From an uncultured Alphaproteobacteria bacterium (GTDB lineage: Bacteria; Pseudomonadota; Alphaproteobacteria; Micropepsales; Micropepsaceae): a stretch of DNA of 64,000 nt. The DNA is taken from NCBI GenBank assembly GCA_963710025.1, contig CAVPYO010000021.1, positions 50,517 to 114,516 on the forward strand, given 5' to 3'. Positions 8,389 to 17,048 of the stretch are shown here, in pieces (the first letter of the stretch is position 1; every line of letters starts with the position of its first letter). A program made the position numbers and the translations under genes. A model generated the notes under the pieces. It saw nothing but the letters and a program-made list of their open reading frames with translations, had not been told where the DNA came from and searched no databases.

Positions 8389-11127
8389 TTAGTACTTCAA
8401 CCGAACGCCAGCATAGAATTGGCTGCCATTGCTATACAACGCGCGCGGCTGTGTGGCGTTGTTCGCGTAGTATTTCAATGTCTGGTTGCTCAGATTCAAT
8501 CCATCGAAGGTGATGGAGAGGTAATCGGTAACGGTGAAGGCCACCGATGCATCAAGTCTTCCATAGGCGTTCTGGTATTCCGCGGAACTGCGGTCCAGGC
8601 CAACCAACATGGAAGAAGCATAGCTATACGCTACGCGGGCGCTCAACCAGCTATTCTCGTAATAGCCGGTCAAGTTGGCCGTATTCTTCGCATCTCCAAC
8701 CAGCGGTCCGCCGTTGGTTTCCGCGCCGTTCGCATAGGTATAGTTGGCGATGATGCCGAAGCCCGTGTCCCAAAGCGGCTGCTGCCAGCTGATTTCGATA
8801 CCTTCATCATGCCCGCTGGTGTTGTAAGGAGCGGTAATGGCGTAGGTCGAGTAGACCGGAGTTCCTTGGCCTGTCAGATACATGTTCAAATATGTGCCAT
8901 TGGTCACGCCATAAGTCACATAAGAGGACAGATCCATGTAGAACAAGCCGACGGACAGCATCGCCTGCGGTCCATAGTACAATTCATAGCTGAGATCGTA
9001 GTTCGCCGATCTGATCGGTTTCAGGTTGGGGTTGCCGCCGGTACCGACCAGGATCAGGTCGGTCAGATTCACCGCGCCGCCCAAAGCACTGTAGTCGGCG
9101 CGTGACATGGCTTCTGCAGCTGCAAAGTGCAGCACGCTCTCGTCGTCCAGATGGATGCTGAGATTGGCGCTGGGCAGGATGTCCCAATAGTCGTGCGTGA
9201 TCTTGTTGGTGGAAAAATTACCGAAATCGCTGTACGTGCCACTCGGATCGTTAACGTCCTGCATGATCGTCTCGGCCGTTTTGACGAGCCGAACGCCGAA
9301 GTTGCCCTTCCATCTGTCGCCACCGAGTATCGCCATGGCATAGAGCGCGGTGTCCTGTTCGCGAACGTCCGTGGCGCCTTCCCAATCGTACCGGGAAGCC
9401 CGAGTGACGCCGGCGGCCGATTGCGTATAACTCCTCCAACTCGTGTTGTTATCCAGGAGGGTTACGATGTCGGCCATATTTCCCTGCGGCACGCTTGTTA
9501 ACATGCCAGGGATCTTGAACGCATTCGCGAAATTGGACGGGTAGTCGGAAGTGGAGACCAAACTTCCGCTCGCGAGGGAGCCGCCATACGAAACGCCGCC
9601 GTCATAAAGTAAGGAGGTGTGTCTATGGTCGGAGAAACGCGCACCCGCCTTCACGGACTGGATCGGGCCGATGGCAACCTTCTGCTCGACATCAACTTGA
9701 CCATAGTATTCGTGGTCATCCGCTTTCGATACCGCGCCCCACGCCCAGTCATTGGTCAGGGTGGAAGGATCGGCCGTGTTCACCCCCGGAACGCTGACCG
9801 CAGCAACGCCGGTGCTGAAATCGTAGCTGGCGGCATTGCCTGTCGTCGGTGCAACTTCACCTTCCCAGGCCGCCTGTTGCGGCGTCGTGCCGGTACCACG
9901 GGTATAACCCGCTTTGAAAGCCACCGTCAGATCGTCGCTCGGGTTCCAAGCCGCATCGGCGTTGACGTAATAGGTATCGCTCATGGACGCCGGACGCATG
10001 ATCATGTCTTCAACGATCGGAGCAATCCCGGCTTTTGCTGGCAAGGTTGCGGCAACAAGCGTGTTGTTCGTCACCGTATAGCTGCTGGGTACGTTCGCAG
10101 TAGGACCATTAAACTCCTTCGTACCCCAGAACATGTAGTTGTTGTTGAGGTTGCTGGCGCCCATATGCGAATAGAAGCCGTCCACATTCAGCTTAAAGCT
10201 ATCGCTAGGCTGGAACTCCACGGCGAGATCGCCGCCCTGGCGGATGCGCTGCTGTAAGAACAACGCCGAGCCGATCAAGGTGGGATAATACACACCTACA
10301 AGATCCGGATGGGTGGCAGTAGCGAGGTCACCGCTGGCCGGCGTCACGACGGCATGAGTAATCGGGTCTATAACCGCCGGGACATACTTCTGGAACTGCG
10401 AATAGCCGAGGAATTCCTGACCGTCGCGGCGGATGTTGCGCGCTTCATAAAAAGCCTGCGCCATAACGCCGATCGTGCCTGCATCGTCCTTCCAGGCAAA
10501 CAACGCATTCAATTGCGGAGTGGTGTCCCCGCGCAGCGTCGTATAGGCCGCTTCCGCGCTCCCTTCGAGCGTCAAATTGTCCTTGAAGTCGAGCGGTTTG
10601 CGGGTCTGGATATCGACCTCGCCTGCCACGCCGCCTTCCAGCAAATCGGCTTGCTGGCTCTTGTACACCTTGGCAGAGTCCACGATTTCCGCCGGGAACA
10701 GCGAATAGCTGACGCTGCGGCCGATCGTCTGATACTGATCGAGGATGAACCAATCACCGGTGGAGACCTCGTGTCCGTTGACGATGGTCTGCGTCAAGCT
10801 TGCATTGGTGCCGCGGATGGAAACGCGGTCGTTTTCGTCGAAGCCACCCTCACCGCTCGCTGCCGAAACCGTATTGACACCCGGAACGCGTTGCAACGCG
10901 TCGGCCACGTTTTTGTCCGGAAACTTGCCGATATCTTCCGCCGACACGGCGTCCACGATCGTGGTCGAATCGCGCTTGATATCGAGCGCGCGCTCCGCCG
11001 ATGCACGGATGCCCGTGACGACGACCGTTTCCATCGGCGCGTTTGTATCCTGGCCAACTGCGGGCCCCGTCGCGGCCAAGATGGCAAGCAAGCTGGCGGA
11101 CCCGACTAACACTTCCCTCAATTTCAT
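8389..11127 (-). CDS. TonB-dependent receptor (Caulobacter/Xanthomonas type), probable chito-oligosaccharide importer
   Basis: Signal peptide, TonB box ETVVVTGIRAS, plug motif DAVSAEDIGKFPDKNVADALQRVPGV and an aromatic C-terminal strand. Substrate inferred from context. Confidence 0.9.
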   Translation of the reverse strand: MKLREVLVGSASLLAILAATGPAVGQDTNAPMETVVVTGIRASAERALDIKRDSTTIVDAVSAEDIGKFPDKNVADALQRVPGVNTVSAASGEGGFDENDRVSIRGTNASLTQTIVNGHEVSTGDWFILDQYQTIGRSVSYSLFPAEIVDSAKVYKSQQADLLEGGVAGEVDIQTRKPLDFKDNLTLEGSAEAAYTTLRGDTTPQLNALFAWKDDAGTIGVMAQAFYEARNIRRDGQEFLGYSQFQKYVPAVIDPITHAVVTPASGDLATATHPDLVGVYYPTLIGSALFLQQRIRQGGDLAVEFQPSDSFKLNVDGFYSHMGASNLNNNYMFWGTKEFNGPTANVPSSYTVTNNTLVAATLPAKAGIAPIVEDMIMRPASMSDTYYVNADAAWNPSDDLTVAFKAGYTRGTGTTPQQAAWEGEVAPTTGNAASYDFSTGVAAVSVPGVNTADPSTLTNDWAWGAVSKADDHEYYGQVDVEQKVAIGPIQSVKAGARFSDHRHTSLLYDGGVSYGGSLASGSLVSTSDYPSNFANAFKIPGMLTSVPQGNMADIVTLLDNNTSWRSYTQSAAGVTRASRYDWEGATDVREQDTALYAMAILGGDRWKGNFGVRLVKTAETIMQDVNDPSGTYSDFGNFSTNKITHDYWDILPSANLSIHLDDESVLHFAAAEAMSRADYSALGGAVNLTDLILVGTGGNPNLKPIRSANYDLSYELYYGPQAMLSVGLFYMDLSSYVTYGVTNGTYLNMYLTGQGTPVYSTYAITAPYNTSGHDEGIEISWQQPLWDTGFGIIANYTYANGAETNGGPLVGDAKNTANLTGYYENSWLSARVAYSYASSMLVGLDRSSAEYQNAYGRLDASVAFTVTDYLSITFDGLNLSNQTLKYYANNATQPRALYSNGSQFYAGVRLKY

Positions 11128-11245
11128 TGCTGTCTCCCTCCGTTAGTATCGCCAAAGACGCAGACCTCTGCCTCTTCGCTGCCTCTTTGCTGCCGCCTGC
11201 CGGACCCGCATGATCCGAGGCTGGAAGCATCAATAGAGCCCAATC

Positions 11246-11397
11246 CAATACCATCCATAAATAGGTACTATGTGTCAAGCAGGGACTGTACCAATTCTGC
11301 CACAAATGCCTGAATTTCTGCATTGTTGACGACGTGGGGGGATGATGTGGTATCTAATTGGTAGGATACCTTTTCCCTGTCACGTGGTATGATACCA
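11246..11397. promoter_or_regulatory. Divergent promoter region with TGGTAT-type operator boxes (candidate NagQ sites)
   Basis: CAATACCA 11246-11253, GTACCAAT 11288-11295, TGGTAT 11348, TGGTAGGATACC 11359-11370 and the perfect palindrome TGGTAT-G-ATACCA 11385-11397. Confidence 0.7.
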
Positions 11398-11432
11398 TTG
11401 CGTCGTAACAATAGTCCTGGGGAGGACGTTCC

Positions 11433-12176
11433 GTGCCTACATTCTCAACGATGATAGGGGCCTTGGATGAGGCCAACAGCCTGCCGTTGTATCAACAATT
11501 GCAACGCGGCCTCAGGCAGGCGATCACACAGAAACTGTTGACGCCCAATGACGCCTTACCCCCCGAGCGGGATCTTGCCGAGGAATTCTCGATATCGCGC
11601 ATCACCGTGCGCCGCGCGATCGACGGCCTGGTGAACGAAGGACTGCTGACGCGTCGCCAGGGCTCGGGGACCTTCGTGGCCAGTCGCGTCGAAAAAAGTT
11701 TCTCCAAGCTGACAAGCTTTTCGGAAGACATGGCGACGCGCGGCCGCACACCGCGTTCCGCGTGGCTCAAACGGTCGCAAGGCACGGTGACGCCGGAAGA
11801 GGCAATGACCATGGGGCTCAGCCCCGGAACGCCGGTCTATCGCTTCAACCGTTTGCGATACGCCGACGATGTGCCGATGGCGCTGGAATTCTGCACTATA
11901 CCGACCTTCTGCCTGCCCTCGATCGACGCCGTCACGTCCTCGCTCTACCAGGCCTTGGAGAAATCCGGTCATCGGCCCAAGCGTGCCCTGCAACGGTTGC
12001 GCGCCGTGCTTCTGACGAGCTTGCAGGCGGAACATCTGCAGGGAAATGTCGGCGATGCCGGCCTTTTGGTCGAACGGCGCGGCTTTCTGCTCGACGGCCG
12101 AGTCGTGGAATTTTCTCAGTCCTATTACCGCGGCGATACCTACGACTTCGTCGCGGACCTCAATGCATCGGAGTAG
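11433..12176 (+). CDS. nagQ: GntR/HutC-family regulator with UTRA domain (NagQ-type)
   Basis: wHTH LPPERDLAEEFSISRITVRRA, RRQGSGTFV and a UTRA effector domain. It is the first gene of the nagB-nagA operon. GGAGG RBS, GTG start. Confidence 0.8.
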   Translation: MPTFSTMIGALDEANSLPLYQQLQRGLRQAITQKLLTPNDALPPERDLAEEFSISRITVRRAIDGLVNEGLLTRRQGSGTFVASRVEKSFSKLTSFSEDMATRGRTPRSAWLKRSQGTVTPEEAMTMGLSPGTPVYRFNRLRYADDVPMALEFCTIPTFCLPSIDAVTSSLYQALEKSGHRPKRALQRLRAVLLTSLQAEHLQGNVGDAGLLVERRGFLLDGRVVEFSQSYYRGDTYDFVADLNASE

Positions 12177-12179
12177 ACG

Positions 12180-13244
12180 ATGGTGAGCCCGTTGCAAAAC
12201 TCCGCTCTAGCCGCCCCGCAGGTCGGTCGTACGAAGATGTTCAACGAAGCGCAAGAAGCGCCGGAGGTGGTGGAACGCCAGTTGCGGGCTAACGACGCTG
12301 TCATGACAGACATCGCCTCCCGCCTGCGGGCCCTGGCCCCGCGCGCCGTGGTAACCGTGGCGCGCGGCAGTTCCGATAATGCCGCAACCTTCGCGAAATA
12401 TCTCATCGAGACCAAGCTCGGGATTCTTACCTCTTCCGCTGCTCCGTCCGTCAGCTCCATTTACAGCGTCAGAACCGAACTCAAGGGCACGCTGGTCCTC
12501 GCGATCTCGCAATCCGGCCGCAGCCCCGATCTTATTACCGCGCTCGACATCGCCAAGCGCGCCGGCGCGTTCACCCTTGCACTCGTCAATGTTGCCGAGT
12601 CGCCGCTAGCCGAGTTCGCCGATGTGGTCCTGCCTCTGCATGCCGGGCCGGAGCGCAGTGTCGCTGCCACCAAATCCTACCTCGCGACCAACGCCGCGAT
12701 CGCGCATTTGGTCGCGGCCTGGAGCGGCGACCATGCGTTGCACGAAGCGCTGAAACTGCTACCCGCACAGTTGAGGGAGGCATGGTCGCTTGACTGGAGC
12801 GCGGCCACGACGAGGCTTCAATCCGCGCGCGATCTTTACGTCATTGCCCGCGGCTTAGGCTTCGGCGCGGCGCAAGAAGCGGCGCTGAAATTAAAAGAAA
12901 CCTGCGCCTTGCATGCGGAAGCATTCAGTGCCGCCGAAGTCCGCCACGGCCCGATGGCGATCGCAAACAAAGGCTTTCCGGCCCTGGTGCTGTCACAAAA
13001 CGACGAAACAAGGCTTGGAATCAAGGAGACCGTGACTGCGTTCTTGGCGCATGGCGTCGACGTGCTACTGGCGGGATTCGAAGATCCCCACGCCTTGAAT
13101 CTTCCATCCTTGGCGGCCCATCCCGCGTTGCAGCCGATCCTTTTCCTGCAAAGTTTCTATCGGATGGCCGAAGCGCTGTCGCGGGCGCGCGGTCTGAATC
13201 CAGACAATCCTCCCTACCTCAACAAAGTGACCGAGACGCTGTGA
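12180..13244 (+). CDS. nagB: Glucosamine-6-phosphate deaminase, SIS-domain type (NagB-II)
   Basis: Two SIS domains (ARGSSDNAA, ISQSGRSPD, ERSVAATKSY, EAALKLKE, AEVRHGP) and C-terminal NPDNPPYLNKVTETL. No glutaminase domain. Confidence 0.85.
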   Translation: MVSPLQNSALAAPQVGRTKMFNEAQEAPEVVERQLRANDAVMTDIASRLRALAPRAVVTVARGSSDNAATFAKYLIETKLGILTSSAAPSVSSIYSVRTELKGTLVLAISQSGRSPDLITALDIAKRAGAFTLALVNVAESPLAEFADVVLPLHAGPERSVAATKSYLATNAAIAHLVAAWSGDHALHEALKLLPAQLREAWSLDWSAATTRLQSARDLYVIARGLGFGAAQEAALKLKETCALHAEAFSAAEVRHGPMAIANKGFPALVLSQNDETRLGIKETVTAFLAHGVDVLLAGFEDPHALNLPSLAAHPALQPILFLQSFYRMAEALSRARGLNPDNPPYLNKVTETL

Positions 13245-14392
13245 TGACAACTGCACTTGCCAATGGCCGTATCGTGACCGGTAGAGCCTTGGCGAAAGGC
13301 CTCACCATATTAATCGAAGACGGACGAATCGGCGCCATCGTCCCGGCACACGCTGTGCCGCAAGGATGCGAAGTCTACGACCTGGAAGGCGGCACGCTGA
13401 TGGCCGGCTTCATCGATCTTCAGGTCAACGGAGGAGGAGGCGTGCTGTTCAACGACGCCCCGACAGTCCAGGCGCTGCACACGATCGGCCGCGCCCATAG
13501 CCGTTTCGGCACCACGGGATTTTTGCCGACCATCATGAGCGACGACTTCGCCACCATCGCCGAGGCTATTGCGGCCGTGGACGAGGCTATCGCCGCGGGC
13601 GTGCCTGGCGTGTTGGGCATCCATATTGAAGGCCCGTTCCTCAACGCGGAGCGGAAGGGCATCCACGACCCCGCTAATTTTCGGATTCTGGACGCCGACG
13701 GCTTTTCGCTCGTCACCTCACTCAAGCGCGGCAAGACGATGCTGACACTGGCGCCGGAGACCACGAGCCCGCGCATGATCGCGGCCCTGACCGAAGCAGG
13801 CGTGCTGGTTTCCGCCGGCCATACCAATGCGAATTACGAGATATTGACGGCCGCTTTCGCTGCCGGGCTTCGGGGCTTCACGCATCTGTTCAACGCCATG
13901 TCGACGCTGACGGCCAGGGCGCCGGGTACGGTGGGAAGCGCGCTCGACAATGACGACTGCTGGTGCGGAGTTATCGTGGACGGCCGCCACGTGCATCCGG
14001 CCTCGCTGCGCGTCGCGCTGCGCTGCAAGGGCCGCGACCGGCTGATGCTCGTTACCGATGCGATGCCGAGCGTCGGATCCTCTCGTAAGTCCTTCGAACT
14101 GGCCGGCAAGACGATCAGCGTCCAGAACGGTGTCTGCGTTGGCCCCGACGGCACATTGGCGGGATCGGATCTCGACATGGCGGCGGCGTTCCGCAACGCA
14201 AAATCGTTTTTCAAGCTCGACCTGCCCGACCTCTCGCGCCTAGCCAGCGGCAATGCAGCGGAGTTTCTTGGCCTCGAACGGGAGATCGGTTTCATCCTGC
14301 CAGGCGCCCGCGCCGATCTTGTCCTGATGAACGACGAACTGCAGGTGCGGCAATGTTGGATCGGCGGCAAACCGCAGCTCGTACGGGAGTGA
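13241..14392 (+). CDS. nagA: N-acetylglucosamine-6-phosphate deacetylase
   Basis: GFIDLQVNGGGG, GIHIEGPF, SAGHTNA, THLFNAM, VTDAM, LAGSDL. Confidence 0.95.
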   Translation: MMTTALANGRIVTGRALAKGLTILIEDGRIGAIVPAHAVPQGCEVYDLEGGTLMAGFIDLQVNGGGGVLFNDAPTVQALHTIGRAHSRFGTTGFLPTIMSDDFATIAEAIAAVDEAIAAGVPGVLGIHIEGPFLNAERKGIHDPANFRILDADGFSLVTSLKRGKTMLTLAPETTSPRMIAALTEAGVLVSAGHTNANYEILTAAFAAGLRGFTHLFNAMSTLTARAPGTVGSALDNDDCWCGVIVDGRHVHPASLRVALRCKGRDRLMLVTDAMPSVGSSRKSFELAGKTISVQNGVCVGPDGTLAGSDLDMAAAFRNAKSFFKLDLPDLSRLASGNAAEFLGLEREIGFILPGARADLVLMNDELQVRQCWIGGKPQLVRE

Positions 14393-14462
14393 GCCGTCCT
14401 GCTCCGGCGCAGGCCTGGTGGAACATCGCCAAGCCAGCGTCGGCGGGGATGCGGAGAGTGTC

Positions 14463-15722
14463 ATGAAATGGATTGCCGGTCTTCTTCTGCTCTGTTGCGG
14501 CACAAGCCTCTCCGCCTGGGCGGCGCCTTCGGCCGCAGACGTTAGCGTTGCCAAGCCATGCAGCCAGCCTGTCTCCGACAAAGGCCGCGAAACAATCCAG
14601 CAGCGCAGGGTTTTCGTCGGGTACTACCCCAGTTGGCTCGACCCCGTTCTTGCGCCAAGCGCGAACGGCTGCGACACGACACAGGAAGGGGCGCCTGCCA
14701 GCGGTCTTGCATTTGCGCCGGCAGCCTATAGCCATATCGTCATCGCCTTCGCCGATCCCAATTTTTCCTGGGACGGCGACATGACGTCCTGGGCGGGCAG
14801 CGGCCTGCAGTTCCGCGCATCGCCGGTACAGGTCGAACGCGCCATCGACGCGCTCCATGCCCGCAAGCTGCGCGTTCTGTTGGCCGTAGGCGGAGCAATC
14901 TACAAAAATTGGACGGCCCTCGCCGCCGAAGGCCGCAGCCGGACCGCCGGACCGATGACCAAGGCCCTGGCGCACATGGTGGGCGCCCTGGGGCTTGACG
15001 GCTTGGATATCGATTACGAAGTCGAAGGGGCGGACGGTGCCGCGATTGCGGACTATCGCGACGCGATCCGCGCGCTCGACACCGCCGTCCGCCTCGCCGG
15101 CCGCGGCAAGCTTCTGACACTCGCCGCCTGGTCCATAGGCGCCGACTGCACCACGGCGACCGAACTTTCGCCTTGCCGAGGCGAAACATCCTCCTGGCCG
15201 GGAGGCTTCGCCGGACGGGAACGTCTGACCTTTGCGGACCCCAATATCGTCCGTATGCTGAGCATGGTCAGCGTCATGTCCTATGACGCGGGATACGAAA
15301 ATTACGACGCCGTCAGGGCATGGACGCTATACCGCGCGCTGCTGCCCAAGAGGATCGTCGTCAACATCGGATTCGAAATCGCGCCCGAGGGATGGGGCGG
15401 CGGCAGGCTGGTCGCCGAAGACGCGCAGGCTGAGTGCCCCGGCTCGGTCATTGTGGCCGATCAATTCGGCGAGCCGGTGAACCAACCTTATTCCGTGGAT
15501 CGCCTGATCAAGGCCGCGCCTTTGAGCCGGCGGCCGCACGGCAATCCGCAAGACGGGGTCATGCTCTGGAACATTCTCAAGAACGAGAATCTGCCGGATT
15601 GTGGATCCTTGCCCGTCGTTTCACCAAAGGGATTGGAAGCCAAGGCCGCTGCCGTTCTGGATGCCGGGCCCGATGGTGTCGCTTCTCCATCCGCCCATCC
15701 CGAGGCCGCCCATGTCCAGTGA
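14463..15722 (+). CDS. Secreted GH18 chitinase-like protein
   Basis: Signal peptide MKWIAGLLLLCCGTSLSAWA, AVGG motif, intact catalytic DxxDxDxE (LDGLDIDYE) and VMSYD. Start at ATG 14463 after a GGAG RBS. Confidence 0.85.
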   Translation: MKWIAGLLLLCCGTSLSAWAAPSAADVSVAKPCSQPVSDKGRETIQQRRVFVGYYPSWLDPVLAPSANGCDTTQEGAPASGLAFAPAAYSHIVIAFADPNFSWDGDMTSWAGSGLQFRASPVQVERAIDALHARKLRVLLAVGGAIYKNWTALAAEGRSRTAGPMTKALAHMVGALGLDGLDIDYEVEGADGAAIADYRDAIRALDTAVRLAGRGKLLTLAAWSIGADCTTATELSPCRGETSSWPGGFAGRERLTFADPNIVRMLSMVSVMSYDAGYENYDAVRAWTLYRALLPKRIVVNIGFEIAPEGWGGGRLVAEDAQAECPGSVIVADQFGEPVNQPYSVDRLIKAAPLSRRPHGNPQDGVMLWNILKNENLPDCGSLPVVSPKGLEAKAAAVLDAGPDGVASPSAHPEAAHVQ

Positions 15723-17034
15723 GAGTTCCATCGTCTCGACGCCGATCGAAACCGTTGCCGCTAGACGTCGCCATTTTCATCCCGCCACTTGGGTACCCAC
15801 GCTCTACACCGCCGAGGGCCTGCCATTCGTGATGGTGAATGTGGTTTCGGTGTTCATGTACAAAAGCCTCGGTCTCAACGACAGCAAGATCGCCTTCTTC
15901 ACTAGCCTCGTGACCATCCCCTGGGCGATAAAGCCGCTATGGGGGGCATTGATCGAGATGTTCCGCACCAAGAAGGCGTTCGTCCTGGCCACGGAACTAG
16001 GCGGCGGCGTCTGCTTCGGACTGGTGGCGCTCAGTCTGCACCTGCCCTCCTGGTTCGCGTGGACTCTTATCTTCTTTGGCCTTTGCGCCATCAACTCATC
16101 CGTCCACGACACGGCCGCCGACGGGATCTATGTCACCGTCCTCAACGCTAAACAGCAGGCAAAATGGGTCGGCTGGCAAGGCGCGTTTTACAATGTCGGC
16201 AAGATCGTCAGCCAAGGCGGATTCGTCCTGGTCGCCGGGCTTTTAGAAAAACGCTACGGGCCGGTCTCTGCCTGGACGATAGTGTTCTGCGCTTTCGGAT
16301 TGCTGATGATCACGATCGGCCTCTGGCATCTGCTGTTTCTGCCATCCGGCGGGCGCGCCAAACCCGTCTCCACGGCTCAGGCCGCCCGCACTTTTCTCGA
16401 TGTGCTCGTGACCTTCTTCCGCAAAAAATACATCCTGTGGGGTATCGTGTTTCTCGTGCTCTACCGTTTTGCCGAGGGCCTAGCGATCAAGATCGCGCCG
16501 CTGTTTTTGCGCGCCGCGCGTGACCATGGCGGCCTCGGTCTGTCGACAGCGGATGCCGGGTGGCTCTATGGCGTCTTTCCGCCTATCGCCTTCGTCCTGG
16601 GCTCGATCGCGGCGGGCTATTTCACGGCAGGCAGAGGATTGCGCAAATCGCTTCTAGTGCTGTGCGCAGCCTTCAACATTCCCTTTGCGGTATATCTTTT
16701 CCTTGCTCTGGTGCAGCCCGCCGACCGCTCGCTCATTACAGTCCTGGTGAGCCTCGAGTGGCTTGGATACGGATTCGGATTTGTCGGTCTGATGCTTTTC
16801 ATGATGCAGCAGATCGCGCCAGGCCCCTACCGCACGGCCCATTACGCCTTCGCGACCTCCCTGATGGGGTTCGGGTTCCTGATCCCCTCGTCGATGAGCG
16901 GCTTTTTAAGTGACGCGCTGGGTTACCAGAAATTCTTCCTCCTGGTGATGCTGGCGACCATTCCTTCCTTCCTCATCTCCTGGCTGGTGCCCTTCCGCGA
17001 TACCTCGGCGGAAGCGCAGCCGGGAGTGGTTTGA
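15712..17034 (+). CDS. AmpG-like MFS permease
   Basis: AmpG-family motifs (YTAEGLPF, PWAIKPLWGALIE, HDTAADG, YRFAEG, YRTAHYAFATS) and about 12 hydrophobic segments. Overlaps the GH18 stop. Confidence 0.85.
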   Translation: MSSESSIVSTPIETVAARRRHFHPATWVPTLYTAEGLPFVMVNVVSVFMYKSLGLNDSKIAFFTSLVTIPWAIKPLWGALIEMFRTKKAFVLATELGGGVCFGLVALSLHLPSWFAWTLIFFGLCAINSSVHDTAADGIYVTVLNAKQQAKWVGWQGAFYNVGKIVSQGGFVLVAGLLEKRYGPVSAWTIVFCAFGLLMITIGLWHLLFLPSGGRAKPVSTAQAARTFLDVLVTFFRKKYILWGIVFLVLYRFAEGLAIKIAPLFLRAARDHGGLGLSTADAGWLYGVFPPIAFVLGSIAAGYFTAGRGLRKSLLVLCAAFNIPFAVYLFLALVQPADRSLITVLVSLEWLGYGFGFVGLMLFMMQQIAPGPYRTAHYAFATSLMGFGFLIPSSMSGFLSDALGYQKFFLLVMLATIPSFLISWLVPFRDTSAEAQPGVV

Positions 17035-17048
17035 CCGGAGCGCACGAC

